Of a stretch of DNA of 64,000 nucleotides, positions 39,559-49,151 are shown one piece after another. The notes under the pieces are model-generated. The model made no database searches. It was given only the letters and a program-made list of their open reading frames with translations, and was not told the origin of the DNA. Position numbers and translations under genes: made by a program. Source of the stretch: an uncultured Candidatus Thioglobus sp. (GTDB taxonomy: Bacteria; Pseudomonadota; Gammaproteobacteria; PS1; Pseudothioglobaceae); the NCBI GenBank assembly GCA_905612405.1, contig CAJQRX010000012.1, forward strand, positions 29,351-93,350, in the 5' to 3' direction. The first letter of the stretch is position 1. Every line of letters starts with the position of its first letter.

Positions 39559-39605
39559 ACTAAGATTGTATATCAACTTGGACTAAAGTCCAAATTTCGT
39601 TTGAT
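39559..39605 (-). repeat. Upstream module copy D
   Basis: ATCAAACGAAATTTGGACTTTAGTCCAAGTTGATATACAATCTTAGT-ATG. Confidence 0.85.
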
Positions 39606-39694
39606 ATATGTGAAAAAAGACTGGTTTTTTAATACACATTTAATACACATATACTTAAAAACCCTATTGGAGTAGTATCTTTAGGGGTGCTAAA

Positions 39695-40456
39695 TTACTC
39701 TGTCTTAATACTAACTCCTCGACTTAAAAGTTTATTAGCTATTAAGGCTAACATCACAATCATAATGCAAGGCACTAAAAAAGCCTTCCATAATTCCACG
39801 GACCCAATACCTAAAAATCCCATTCTAAAGGCATCCATCATATAATATATTGGATTAAAAATTGATATGTTCCTCCAGAAGTTTGGCAATATATCAATAC
39901 TATAAAACATACCACCAAGATAAGTTAGGGGCAGTAATACAAAATTTGGAACGATTGAAATATCATCAAAAGTCTTAGCAAAAACCGCATTGATAAAGCC
40001 AGCTAAAGCAAACATTACTGATGTTATAAGGAAGGTAATAGCAATAACTATAAAACTATTAATTTGAATTTTAACAAAAAATGATATTGTAAAGGTTACT
40101 GCTAGACCAATAGTTAGGCCTCTACAAACACCGCCACTAACAAACCCCAATAAAATCACCCAATTAGGAGTAGTAGAAACCAGTAATTCTTCAAAGCTAT
40201 TATTATATTTGGTCATAAAGAATGAGGAAACTGTATTGGCATAAGACTGCATAATTACTGTCATAAGGATAATTCCAGGAACAATGAAATCTAGATAATT
40301 AACACCCTGCATTTGACCAATTCTACTCCCCATTAAACCACCGAATATTAGTAAATATAAAGAGGTTGTTATAATTGGCGGGATTATCGTTTGAATCCAA
40401 ATTCGCACAAATCTAAGTATTTCTTTTGTAACAATTGTTTTATAAGCAATCCACAT
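39695..40456 (-). CDS. yadH: ABC-2 transporter permease YadH
   Basis: KEILRFVRIWIQT, PPIITTSLY, YANTVSSFF, PLTYLGGMFY, NPIYYM. Confidence 0.9.
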   Translation of the reverse strand: MWIAYKTIVTKEILRFVRIWIQTIIPPIITTSLYLLIFGGLMGSRIGQMQGVNYLDFIVPGIILMTVIMQSYANTVSSFFMTKYNNSFEELLVSTTPNWVILLGFVSGGVCRGLTIGLAVTFTISFFVKIQINSFIVIAITFLITSVMFALAGFINAVFAKTFDDISIVPNFVLLPLTYLGGMFYSIDILPNFWRNISIFNPIYYMMDAFRMGFLGIGSVELWKAFLVPCIMIVMLALIANKLLSRGVSIKTE

Positions 40457-40464
40457 AATAATAT

Positions 40465-41373
40465 TTAACTAGTAATTGATAAAAATAAAGCTTCTAAGCG
40501 ATTTTGTGAGCTACGAAGATGCGAAACGTTAATATTTTGAGCTGACAGACTTAAAACTACATCTGAAATTGAAGTATTTTCTCCTTGTGCAACCTGCAAA
40601 GTAGTATCATCTAATATTTCACAATCACAATTGGCAATAGAAATATTATTTGTCAATTTTTCGACAGTATCTAGAATTATTACCTGTCTCTTTGCCTTTA
40701 GAAGCAGCTTCTTCATATTAGTTTGTTCAACTAGAACACCATCATTGAGAATTGCGATATTTCTACATAAAGATTCTGCTTCTTCTAAATAATGAGTGGT
40801 TAAGATAATTGTAATTCCTTCATTATTAAGTTGAGTTAAATAATCCCACATTGATTTGCGAATTTCAACGTCAACGCCTGCAGTTGGTTCGTCTAAAATC
40901 AATATACTTGGCTTATGAATCAATGCTCGTGCAAGCATCAGTCGCCTTTTCATTCCCCCAGATAGTGATTGGGCAACGTCAAAACGTCTATCCCATAACT
41001 CCATCTTTTTTAAAAGGACTTCAGCTTGAATTTTAGCCTCTACTCGAGAAATTCCAAAGTATCCAGCTTGGTTTATAAGAATCTCCATATTAGGTTCATG
41101 GGGATTAAAGTTAAACTCCTGAGGCATTAATCCAATCATTTTTTTTACTTCATTTATATGTTTATTTTGATCTAACCCATTTATTTTTACCTCTCCAGAG
41201 GTACTTTTTAATAAACCTGAAATAATTCCAATTGCAGTAGTCTTGCCAGCACCATTGGAGCCTAAAAGTGCAAAGAAGTCACCTTTTTCAACCCTTAAAT
41301 TTACGCCTTTCAATGCCTTAAGATTATTGGAATATGTTTTGGTTAAATTTTCTGTAGAAAGCGCTAAAGTCAT
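40465..41373 (-). CDS. yadG: ABC transporter ATP-binding protein YadG
   Basis: GSNGAGKT, PQEFNFN, LSGGMKRRL, DEPTAGVD, TTHYLEEAE. Confidence 0.9.
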   Translation of the reverse strand: MTLALSTENLTKTYSNNLKALKGVNLRVEKGDFFALLGSNGAGKTTAIGIISGLLKSTSGEVKINGLDQNKHINEVKKMIGLMPQEFNFNPHEPNMEILINQAGYFGISRVEAKIQAEVLLKKMELWDRRFDVAQSLSGGMKRRLMLARALIHKPSILILDEPTAGVDVEIRKSMWDYLTQLNNEGITIILTTHYLEEAESLCRNIAILNDGVLVEQTNMKKLLLKAKRQVIILDTVEKLTNNISIANCDCEILDDTTLQVAQGENTSISDVVLSLSAQNINVSHLRSSQNRLEALFLSITS

Positions 41374-41528
41374 AAAAATATCTTACTTAAATTATAAAAA
41401 AATAATTTAGTTATTATATAAAAATAAATTAGTTTTGACATCTAAATTTATTTTCATATTTATCGCACTTGGCAAGCTAAATTTGGGATAATTACAGGCT
41501 TAAAATACAAAGCTATTTAATAGTCTAT

Positions 41529-43073
41529 ATGCCAACCCAAAAAAATGTTGAGTTACCCGATATAGGTGATTTTGACTCCGTTGATGTTATTGAAGTTTTA
41601 GTGAAAGTTGGTGATATTGTCAATGAAAATGACAGCCTCATTACTCTCGAAACTGACAAAGCTACAATGGAAATCCCTGCGCCCTTTTCAGGAAAGGTAG
41701 CTAGTCTTGAAGTAAAAGTTGGTGATAAGATAGCTAAAGGTGAACTCATTCTTACTCTTGAGAGTGATTCTGAAATAGCAGAAGACACTTCTAATCAAAC
41801 AGCTGCTCCAAGCAATTCAAAAACAACTAATAGTTCAAACCATAAGTCAAGCGTTACACAAAAAAATGTTGAGTTACCCGATATAGGTGATTTTGACTCC
41901 GTTGATGTTATTGAAGTTTTAGTGAAAGTTGGTGATATTGTCAATGAAAATGACAGCCTCATTACTCTCGAAACTGACAAAGCTACAATGGAAATCCCTG
42001 CGCCCTTTTCAGGAAAGGTAGCTAGTCTTGAAGTAAAAGTTGGTGATAAGATAGCTAAAGGTGAACTCATTCTTACTCTTGAGAGTGATTCTGAAATAGC
42101 AGAAGACACTTCTAATCAAACAGCTGCTCCAAGCAATTCAAAAACAACTAATAGTTCAAATATTGAGATTAAAAAGCCAAGTACTCCAACTCCAATAACT
42201 GAAAGCCCTCAAGAAGAAATTTCTTTAAATACTGATTCAAATTCTCATGCCTCGCCCTCAATAAGGAAGTTAGCAAGAGAGCTTGGAGTTAGCTTATCAA
42301 AAATAAAGGGTACTGGTAAAAAAGGTAGAGTCCTGGAGGAAGATTTAAAGTCTTTTGTAAAGCAAATAGTTATTCATGGAGATACTGTAAATGAAGTGGA
42401 AATAGTTCCTTTATCCAGAATTAAGAAACTATCTGGAAAACACCTCTCAAATAGCTGGAGCTCAATACCTCATGTAACTCAATTTGATGAAGTTAATATT
42501 GAGCAATTAGAGAAATTTCGCAAGCATCAAAAAGAAAGAAATATTAAATTAAGCCCCCTAGTTTTCATTATGAAAGCTGTTGTTCAAGTTTTGAAGCGTC
42601 ATCCAAACTTCAATGCCTCACTTGATGAAACGGGTGAAAATTTAATAGTAAAAAAATACTTTAATCTTGGGATTGCAGTTGATACTCCAAATGGATTACT
42701 TGTTCCTGTTGTGAAAGATGTTGGCAAAAAATCATTAGTTGAACTTGCTGAAGAGCTCGCTGACATTTCTTCAAGAGCTAGAGAAGGTCAATTACAGGCA
42801 AGTGAAATGAAAGGTGCAGGTTTTACGATTTCAAGTTTAGGTGGAATCGGTGGGACTCAATTTACACCAATTATTAATTCGCCTGAAGTAGCAATTTTAG
42901 GAGTCTCTAGAACTCAAATAAAGCCAGTTTGGAACGGGAGTTCTTTTGAACCTACAGCAATGATTCCACTAGCACTTTCATATGATCACAGGGTTATAGA
43001 TGGGGCTGAAGGTGCAAAATTTATGGCTGAACTAAATCAAGTTCTTAGCAATATTATGGAGATGTTATTATGA
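41529..43073 (+). CDS. aceF: Dihydrolipoamide acetyltransferase (PDH E2), two lipoyl domains
   Basis: Two ETDKATME lipoyl motifs, HASPSIRKLARELG, DHRVIDG. Confidence 0.93.
   Translation: MPTQKNVELPDIGDFDSVDVIEVLVKVGDIVNENDSLITLETDKATMEIPAPFSGKVASLEVKVGDKIAKGELILTLESDSEIAEDTSNQTAAPSNSKTTNSSNHKSSVTQKNVELPDIGDFDSVDVIEVLVKVGDIVNENDSLITLETDKATMEIPAPFSGKVASLEVKVGDKIAKGELILTLESDSEIAEDTSNQTAAPSNSKTTNSSNIEIKKPSTPTPITESPQEEISLNTDSNSHASPSIRKLARELGVSLSKIKGTGKKGRVLEEDLKSFVKQIVIHGDTVNEVEIVPLSRIKKLSGKHLSNSWSSIPHVTQFDEVNIEQLEKFRKHQKERNIKLSPLVFIMKAVVQVLKRHPNFNASLDETGENLIVKKYFNLGIAVDTPNGLLVPVVKDVGKKSLVELAEELADISSRAREGQLQASEMKGAGFTISSLGGIGGTQFTPIINSPEVAILGVSRTQIKPVWNGSSFEPTAMIPLALSYDHRVIDGAEGAKFMAELNQVLSNIMEMLL
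41538..42160 (+). repeat. Direct repeat of 302 bp, period 321 bp (lipoyl domain plus linker)
   Basis: 41538-41839 matches 41859-42160 with no differences seen by eye. Confidence 0.92.
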
Positions 43074-44476
43074 TTAAAACTAAAGTTTTAGTTATTGGGT
43101 CTGGTCCAGGTGGATACACGGCTGCGTTTCGTGCTGCCGACTTAGGGAATGAAGTTACCCTAGTTGAAAGTCATGAAACTCTTGGCGGGGTTTGTTTAAA
43201 TGTGGGCTGTATTCCTTCTAAAACTCTTCTCCATACTGCTGAAGTAATTAATGAAGCTAAGCATGCAAGTGAACTTGGAATTACCTTTGCAAGTCCTAAA
43301 ATTGATCTTGATGGTGTTAGGAAAAATAAAGAAGATATAGTAAGTAAACTTACTGGAGGTATTCAGGCTCTTGCCAAAGCGAGAAAAGTAAACGTAATTC
43401 AAGGCTATGCAAAATTTCTTTCGAAGAATCAAGTATCGCTTGATGGCACTGATGAAGTCATTGAGTTTGAACAATGTATTATTGCGACAGGCTCAAGAGT
43501 AACGAAATTTCCAATGTTCCCATTCGAGGACAAGCGAGTAATGGACTCCACAGATGCGCTCATGTTAGATGACATACCTAAAAGAATGCTCATTGTTGGT
43601 GGAGGTATTATCGGTCTAGAAATGGCTACAATTTACGATGCTCTTGGAAGTGAAATCACTATTGTTGAGCTTGGTGGTCAAATTATTCCTGTGGCAGACA
43701 AAGATATTGTTAATCCTTTATATAAAAAAATAAAAAAGACTTACGCAAATGTCTTTTTAAATACTAAAGTTACCAAAATGACTGCAGCAAAAAAAGGAAT
43801 AAAAGTTGAATTTGAAGGTAAAGATGCGCCCGAATCAGATACATTTGACAAAGTTTTAGTTGCTGTTGGTCGGACTCCTAATGGTCTATTAATTGACGCG
43901 GAAAAAGCTGGCGTTAATATTGATGAAAGTGGATTCATTTTTACAAATAATCAAATGAAAACTAATGTTGATAACATATTTGCTATAGGAGATATTGTAG
44001 GTCAGCCAATGCTAGCTCATAAAGCGACACATGAAGCTAAAGTTGCAGCAGAAGTAATTAGTGGCCAAAAAACTGGATTTGATGCTCTTACAATTCCCTC
44101 AGTTGCTTACACAGATCCAGAAGTAGCGTGGACTGGAAAAACTGAAAAAGAACTCATCGAGGCTGGAATTAAATTTGATAAGGGTGTATTTCCATGGGCC
44201 GCATCTGGCAGAAGCTTAAGTATAGGTAGAAGTGAAGGAGTATCAAAGGGTTTATTTGATTCTGAATCAGGCAAAATTCTAGGTATGGGTATTTGTGGAA
44301 ATCATGCTGGTGACTTAATTTCTGAGGCTAGTTTAGCAATTGAAATGGGCTGTGATATGAGCGATATAGCCTTAACAATTCATGCACATCCTACACTTTC
44401 AGAAACTACTGCTTTCGCAGCTGAAATGGCTGAAGGTACAATTACTGACTTGATGCCGCCACGAAAGAAAAAATAG
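43070..44476 (+). CDS. lpdA: Dihydrolipoyl dehydrogenase
   Basis: GSGPGG, GGVCLNVGCIPSK, HAHPTLSE. Confidence 0.96.
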   Translation: MIKTKVLVIGSGPGGYTAAFRAADLGNEVTLVESHETLGGVCLNVGCIPSKTLLHTAEVINEAKHASELGITFASPKIDLDGVRKNKEDIVSKLTGGIQALAKARKVNVIQGYAKFLSKNQVSLDGTDEVIEFEQCIIATGSRVTKFPMFPFEDKRVMDSTDALMLDDIPKRMLIVGGGIIGLEMATIYDALGSEITIVELGGQIIPVADKDIVNPLYKKIKKTYANVFLNTKVTKMTAAKKGIKVEFEGKDAPESDTFDKVLVAVGRTPNGLLIDAEKAGVNIDESGFIFTNNQMKTNVDNIFAIGDIVGQPMLAHKATHEAKVAAEVISGQKTGFDALTIPSVAYTDPEVAWTGKTEKELIEAGIKFDKGVFPWAASGRSLSIGRSEGVSKGLFDSESGKILGMGICGNHAGDLISEASLAIEMGCDMSDIALTIHAHPTLSETTAFAAEMAEGTITDLMPPRKKK

Positions 44477-44483
44477 GTGAAAT

Positions 44484-45137
44484 ATGGATATTAAACAAGC
44501 TAGAAAAAATGTTATTGAACAGCAAGTAAGGCCTTGGGGTGGTCTCAATGTGAGAGCAAATCAAGCATTAACAGATATCCCACGTGAAAACTTTGTTCCA
44601 GAAGAATATCAAAAGCTAGTATTTGCTGATATTGAAATACCTCTTAATAAGACTGACAAAATGCTTTCACCTAAAATTGAAGGTAGGATTCTTGACAGTC
44701 TTGACCTAAAAGGTCATGAAAATGTTTTAGAAATTGGAACTGGAAGTGGTTACTTCACTTCCGTACTATCTTCACTATCTAATTCAGTTACAAGTATTGA
44801 AGCTAATAAAGACTTACATACTCTAGCAAAAAGTAAGATTAATAAACTTAAGCTAAATAATATAACTCTTAAACATGAAAGCTTTCTTACTTCTAATTTT
44901 GAGCATGGGCAGTTTGATGCAATCGTTCTAGGATGTGCTCTTCCTGAAATTAACAAAGACTTAAAAAAACTTCTCAATTTAGGTGGGAAATTATTTGCAG
45001 TTGTTGGTGAAAAAAATCAAATGCATGCAACTCTTGTTACCCGTTTAAATGATAATGAATGGCACTCCAAATCTCTTTTTGAAACTTATTTAGACATCAT
45101 GAAAGGTTCTGAGCCATCTGTCAAATTTACCTTTTAA
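44484..45137 (+). CDS. Protein-L-isoaspartate O-methyltransferase family
   Basis: EQQVRPW, PRENFVP, VLEIGTGSGY, LFET. Confidence 0.85.
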   Translation: MDIKQARKNVIEQQVRPWGGLNVRANQALTDIPRENFVPEEYQKLVFADIEIPLNKTDKMLSPKIEGRILDSLDLKGHENVLEIGTGSGYFTSVLSSLSNSVTSIEANKDLHTLAKSKINKLKLNNITLKHESFLTSNFEHGQFDAIVLGCALPEINKDLKKLLNLGGKLFAVVGEKNQMHATLVTRLNDNEWHSKSLFETYLDIMKGSEPSVKFTF

Positions 45138-45153
45138 ATTGAACTAGCTAGAT

Positions 45154-47445
45154 ATGCTTAATTCCTTATTGAATTTCTTAATTAAAAAACCAGCCTGGTC
45201 TTTAGTTCTGTTTTTATTTGTTATTGGAGCAACATTACTTCAAATTCAAAATTTCTCACTTGACGCCTCTTCAGAATCATTATCGTTAGATGGTGATAAT
45301 AATCTAGAACTTTATTTTGATACCCAAAAAACTTTTGGCTCTGATGAATCATTAGTAATTAGTTATACGGTGAATGAAGAAACTATACTTGAACCTAATC
45401 AAATATCTCTCCTTCGCTCCTTAAGAGATGACTTGCTCAACATTGAAGGTATTAATTCAGTAATATCAATACTTGATGTTTCTCTATTTCAATCCCCTCC
45501 TCTTTCCCTTATTGAGCTTGCGAGTGATGTTTATACAATTGATAATGGGAAGGCAGATCTGTCTTATATTGAAGATGAATTTAAAAATAGTCCACTTTAT
45601 GCCAACAATCTAGTTAGCGCAGACTTAAAAACTACAGCTCTACTAATACCACTTTCTTCAGATAATCCTGAAATATTGATTAATGATGAAACTTTGAAAG
45701 CATTAATCGAAAATATTCGCTTGATAATGAATGAGTATCGAAATGAAGCAAGTTTATTCTTGGGTGGAGTTCCAATGATAAGAAATGATGCAATTGGATA
45801 TATCAAAAGTGATCTAATAGTATTCAGTCTTGCAGTTGTTTTGGTCATGTCATCAATGCTTGCATTATTTTTTCGCAAAATAAGATGGGTTCTTGTTCCA
45901 ATATCAATTAGCATTATTGGTGCTCTATTTATGACAGGAATAATAAGCGCTATTGGTTGGAAAGTCACTGTAATTTCAGCGAATTTTTTCTCACTTCTTC
46001 TTGTGATGACTCTCTCTGTTACTATTCATTTAGTGGTTCGTTATAGGGAAATATGGAACAAGAATCCTGATGCAAAATCTTCAGATGTAACTAAGCAAAC
46101 TTTAACAGAAATGATAAAGCCATGCGCCTATACAGTTATTACAACTATAGCTGCATTTGCTTCCTTGACTGCCAGTAATGTGAAACCTGTAATTGACTTT
46201 GGCTTAATGATGAGCATAGGTGTGACGATAGCTTTTGTTCTATCTTTTGTAGTTTTTGCAATATTTATGACACTTTTGCCAAAACCTAAAATTGCTGATC
46301 ACCCAGACCAATTCTTAGTTCTACAAAAATTTGCACACACCACTGATAAGTCTGGGAAGAAAATAATAGCAACTCTGACTATAGCTATTATTATTTCCTT
46401 AATTGGTATAAGTAAACTTTCGGTAGAAAATAGCTTTATAAACTATTTTAAAAAGGATACAGAAATTTATCAAGGACTTAACTTTATTGATAAAGAGCTC
46501 GGGGGCACGATACCATTAGAAATTGTTTTTAATGGTATGGCTAATGCTTATTGGGCTGATTCGAACTTAAGAGATGACTTTCATGAAGTTCATAAGTATC
46601 TCGATGGTATACCTAGTATTGGAAAAGTTTTATCAATTGACACATTTATGCAGGTACTTAAAGGATCAAATAATGGCAAGGCTCCTAATGGATTTTTATT
46701 AGTTTTAGGTAAAAATAATATGCCTGAATTCGCTAAATCTCAGGTTTTAAAGCCTCATATATCAGATGCTACTGACCAAATAAGGATAGTTGCAAGAATT
46801 AAAGAAACAACGACTGGACTGAATAGAAATCAATTAATTAATGACATCAATAATGAGTTAATTGAAGAATTTAACTTTAGCCAAGAAGATTTTTATTTCA
46901 CAGGCACATTTTCACTATACAACAATCTTCTTCAGAGTTTATTTAAATCTCAAATCAAAACTATAATTAGTGTCTTTATAATCATTTTTATACTTTTTTT
47001 GTTCATATTCAGGTCAGCAGCTATAGCTCTTATAGCGGTATTACCAAATATAATTCCATCACTAGTAATCCTAGGTGTTATGGGTTTGATGAATATACCA
47101 TTAGATATAATGACAATCACTATAGCTGCTATTGCTATTGGAATAGGTATTGATAATGCAGTGCACTATATCAGCAGGTTTCAAGTTGAGATATTAAAGG
47201 ATGGTGATTACTTGACTTCAATGTACAGGACTCATGAATCTATTGGTATCTCAATGTTTTATACTGCTGCAACTGTTGCACTTGGTTTCTTAGTCCTAAT
47301 ATTATCACACTTTATCCCAAGTATTTATTTTGGTATTTTTATGGCGATTGCTATGTTGAGCGCTGTAATAGTTAATCTCACATTGCTTCCTAAATTGCTA
47401 ATAATTTTTAAACCTGCAATGAATAATCAGAGGCTTATAAAATAA
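45154..47445 (+). CDS. MMPL/RND superfamily transporter
   Basis: Two repeats of periplasmic plus TM domains; GIGIDNAVHY, SFINYFK. Confidence 0.85.
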   Translation: MLNSLLNFLIKKPAWSLVLFLFVIGATLLQIQNFSLDASSESLSLDGDNNLELYFDTQKTFGSDESLVISYTVNEETILEPNQISLLRSLRDDLLNIEGINSVISILDVSLFQSPPLSLIELASDVYTIDNGKADLSYIEDEFKNSPLYANNLVSADLKTTALLIPLSSDNPEILINDETLKALIENIRLIMNEYRNEASLFLGGVPMIRNDAIGYIKSDLIVFSLAVVLVMSSMLALFFRKIRWVLVPISISIIGALFMTGIISAIGWKVTVISANFFSLLLVMTLSVTIHLVVRYREIWNKNPDAKSSDVTKQTLTEMIKPCAYTVITTIAAFASLTASNVKPVIDFGLMMSIGVTIAFVLSFVVFAIFMTLLPKPKIADHPDQFLVLQKFAHTTDKSGKKIIATLTIAIIISLIGISKLSVENSFINYFKKDTEIYQGLNFIDKELGGTIPLEIVFNGMANAYWADSNLRDDFHEVHKYLDGIPSIGKVLSIDTFMQVLKGSNNGKAPNGFLLVLGKNNMPEFAKSQVLKPHISDATDQIRIVARIKETTTGLNRNQLINDINNELIEEFNFSQEDFYFTGTFSLYNNLLQSLFKSQIKTIISVFIIIFILFLFIFRSAAIALIAVLPNIIPSLVILGVMGLMNIPLDIMTITIAAIAIGIGIDNAVHYISRFQVEILKDGDYLTSMYRTHESIGISMFYTAATVALGFLVLILSHFIPSIYFGIFMAIAMLSAVIVNLTLLPKLLIIFKPAMNNQRLIK

Positions 47446-47527
47446 AAAACCCCACCTCGAATAAGAGAGTGGGGTTAGTCTACTATTAAAAGGAGAAATA
47501 AGTTAAATATAGTAGTTTTTAACTTAC
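47443..47527 (-). ncRNA. Candidate small RNA with intrinsic terminator
   Basis: Minus-strand TATAAT (47533-47538), 9-bp hairpin, UUUCUCCUUUU segment, AACCCCAC/GTGGGGTT terminator with U-tract. Confidence 0.5.
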
Positions 47528-47591
47528 GCGAGATTATATACAAAAATTAATTTAGAATTTTTTATTTTGTATCTTTTTTTATCAATAAATT

Positions 47592-49151
47592 ATGACAAAC
47601 AATTATCAATTTGATGTTCTTATAATAGGCTCTGGAGCTGCAGGTTTGATGAGCGCAATTCAGCTCTCTGAAAAACTCTCAATTGCTGTAATAGCAAAAG
47701 ATAAGGTCTTAGAAGGCTCTTCTTATTACGCACAAGGTGGCATATCTGCAGTGCTTGATCCTGAAGATAATTTTGAGTCACATATTTTAGACACAATAAA
47801 TACCGGCTTTAACTTAGGCAGTGAGGAAAGTATTAGGTTTATGGTAGAGCAAGCTCCTTTAGCAATTTCAGACCTTGAAAATGCAGGTGTAAAATTCTCA
47901 CATATTAATAATAACTATGATCTAACTACTGAAGGTGGTCATAGCTCAAAAAGAGTAGCACATGTTGCTGATAAAACTGGTCAATCAATCCAGGTTAACT
48001 TACTAGCAAAAGTTAAACAAAAAAATAATATTACACTTTTTGAGCAATATGTAGCTGTGGATCTTCTTGTAAATGAAGGAAACTGCAACGGAGCTTATGT
48101 TTTCAATAAAAATACCAAAGAGGTTGGTACTTTTTCCTCCCATAAAACTATATTAGCAACTGGAGGAGCATCAAAATCTTACCTTTACACTTCAAACCCA
48201 GACACCTCAACTGGTGATGGAATTGCCATGGCTTATAGGGCTGGTTGTCATATCACCAATATGGAATTTACACAATTTCACCCAACGTGTCTTTTTCATC
48301 CGCATGCTAAATCATTTTTAATCTCTGAAGCGTTAAGAGGTGAAGGAGCAAAACTTCTTCTACCAGATGGAAAAGAATTCATGCATAAGTACGATAGCAG
48401 ACTTGAACTTGCTCCTAGAGATATTGTCGCAAGAGCTATCGATAATGAGATGAAGGTTAATGGATATGACTGTGTTTATCTTGATATCTCATTCAAAGAT
48501 GCCAACTGGATCAAGTCACGCTTCCCAACTATTACCAAGCGATGTCATGAACTAGGTATTGATATATGTAATGAAGCTTTGCCAGTTGTCCCAGCTGCTC
48601 ATTACACCTGCGGCGGTATTGATACAAATTTAGATGCGCAGAGCAATATCAGTAACCTATATGCTATTGGTGAAGTAGCTCATACTGGGGTCCATGGCGC
48701 CAATAGACTGGCAAGTAATTCTTTACTTGAATGCATCGTTTTTGCTAAATCTTGTGCCAAGGATATTAATGAGAGTGTCTTTGAAGAAATATTCCCTGCT
48801 ATTGCAGAGTGGGACGCTTCTAGAGTGGCCCCTTCTAAAGAGAAGGTAGTTCTTTCCCACTTATGGAGCGAAATCAGACTCATTATGTGGAATTTTGTAG
48901 GCATTGTGCGAAGTGATAATCGGCTAAATTCAGCCAATTTAAAAATTCAACAAATTAACAAAGAGGTTGATGAGTATTACCGAGTCTATACCGTAACTGA
49001 TGACCTAATAGAACTAAGAAACTTAGCTCAAACGTCAAAAATTATTGTAGAATCAGCACTCTCTAGAAAAGAAAGTAGAGGCTTACACTATAACCAAGAT
49101 TATCCAAATCAACTTAAAAAAATACATAATACTGTTATGATTAAATCATGA
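47592..49151 (+). CDS. nadB: L-aspartate oxidase
   Basis: GSGAAG, AQGGI, EGGHS..RVAH, QFHPT, GVHGANRLASNSLLE. Confidence 0.96.
   Translation: MTNNYQFDVLIIGSGAAGLMSAIQLSEKLSIAVIAKDKVLEGSSYYAQGGISAVLDPEDNFESHILDTINTGFNLGSEESIRFMVEQAPLAISDLENAGVKFSHINNNYDLTTEGGHSSKRVAHVADKTGQSIQVNLLAKVKQKNNITLFEQYVAVDLLVNEGNCNGAYVFNKNTKEVGTFSSHKTILATGGASKSYLYTSNPDTSTGDGIAMAYRAGCHITNMEFTQFHPTCLFHPHAKSFLISEALRGEGAKLLLPDGKEFMHKYDSRLELAPRDIVARAIDNEMKVNGYDCVYLDISFKDANWIKSRFPTITKRCHELGIDICNEALPVVPAAHYTCGGIDTNLDAQSNISNLYAIGEVAHTGVHGANRLASNSLLECIVFAKSCAKDINESVFEEIFPAIAEWDASRVAPSKEKVVLSHLWSEIRLIMWNFVGIVRSDNRLNSANLKIQQINKEVDEYYRVYTVTDDLIELRNLAQTSKIIVESALSRKESRGLHYNQDYPNQLKKIHNTVMIKS

Larger units (their letters stand above)
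34699..39727 (-). mobile_element. Putative genomic islet built by tandem integration at the yadH 3' end; no integrase in window
   Basis: Displaced copies of the yadH 3' end at 37494-37526 and 34699-34731; co-oriented accessory genes; repeated upstream module. Confidence 0.55.

Noticed and set aside
36029-39605. Repeated module as a CRISPR array
   Set aside because: Copies are 0.6-2 kb apart, separated by genes, degenerate, and there are no cas genes.
41525-42109. Two similar minus-strand ORFs
   Set aside because: Antisense shadows of the duplicated lipoyl domains.
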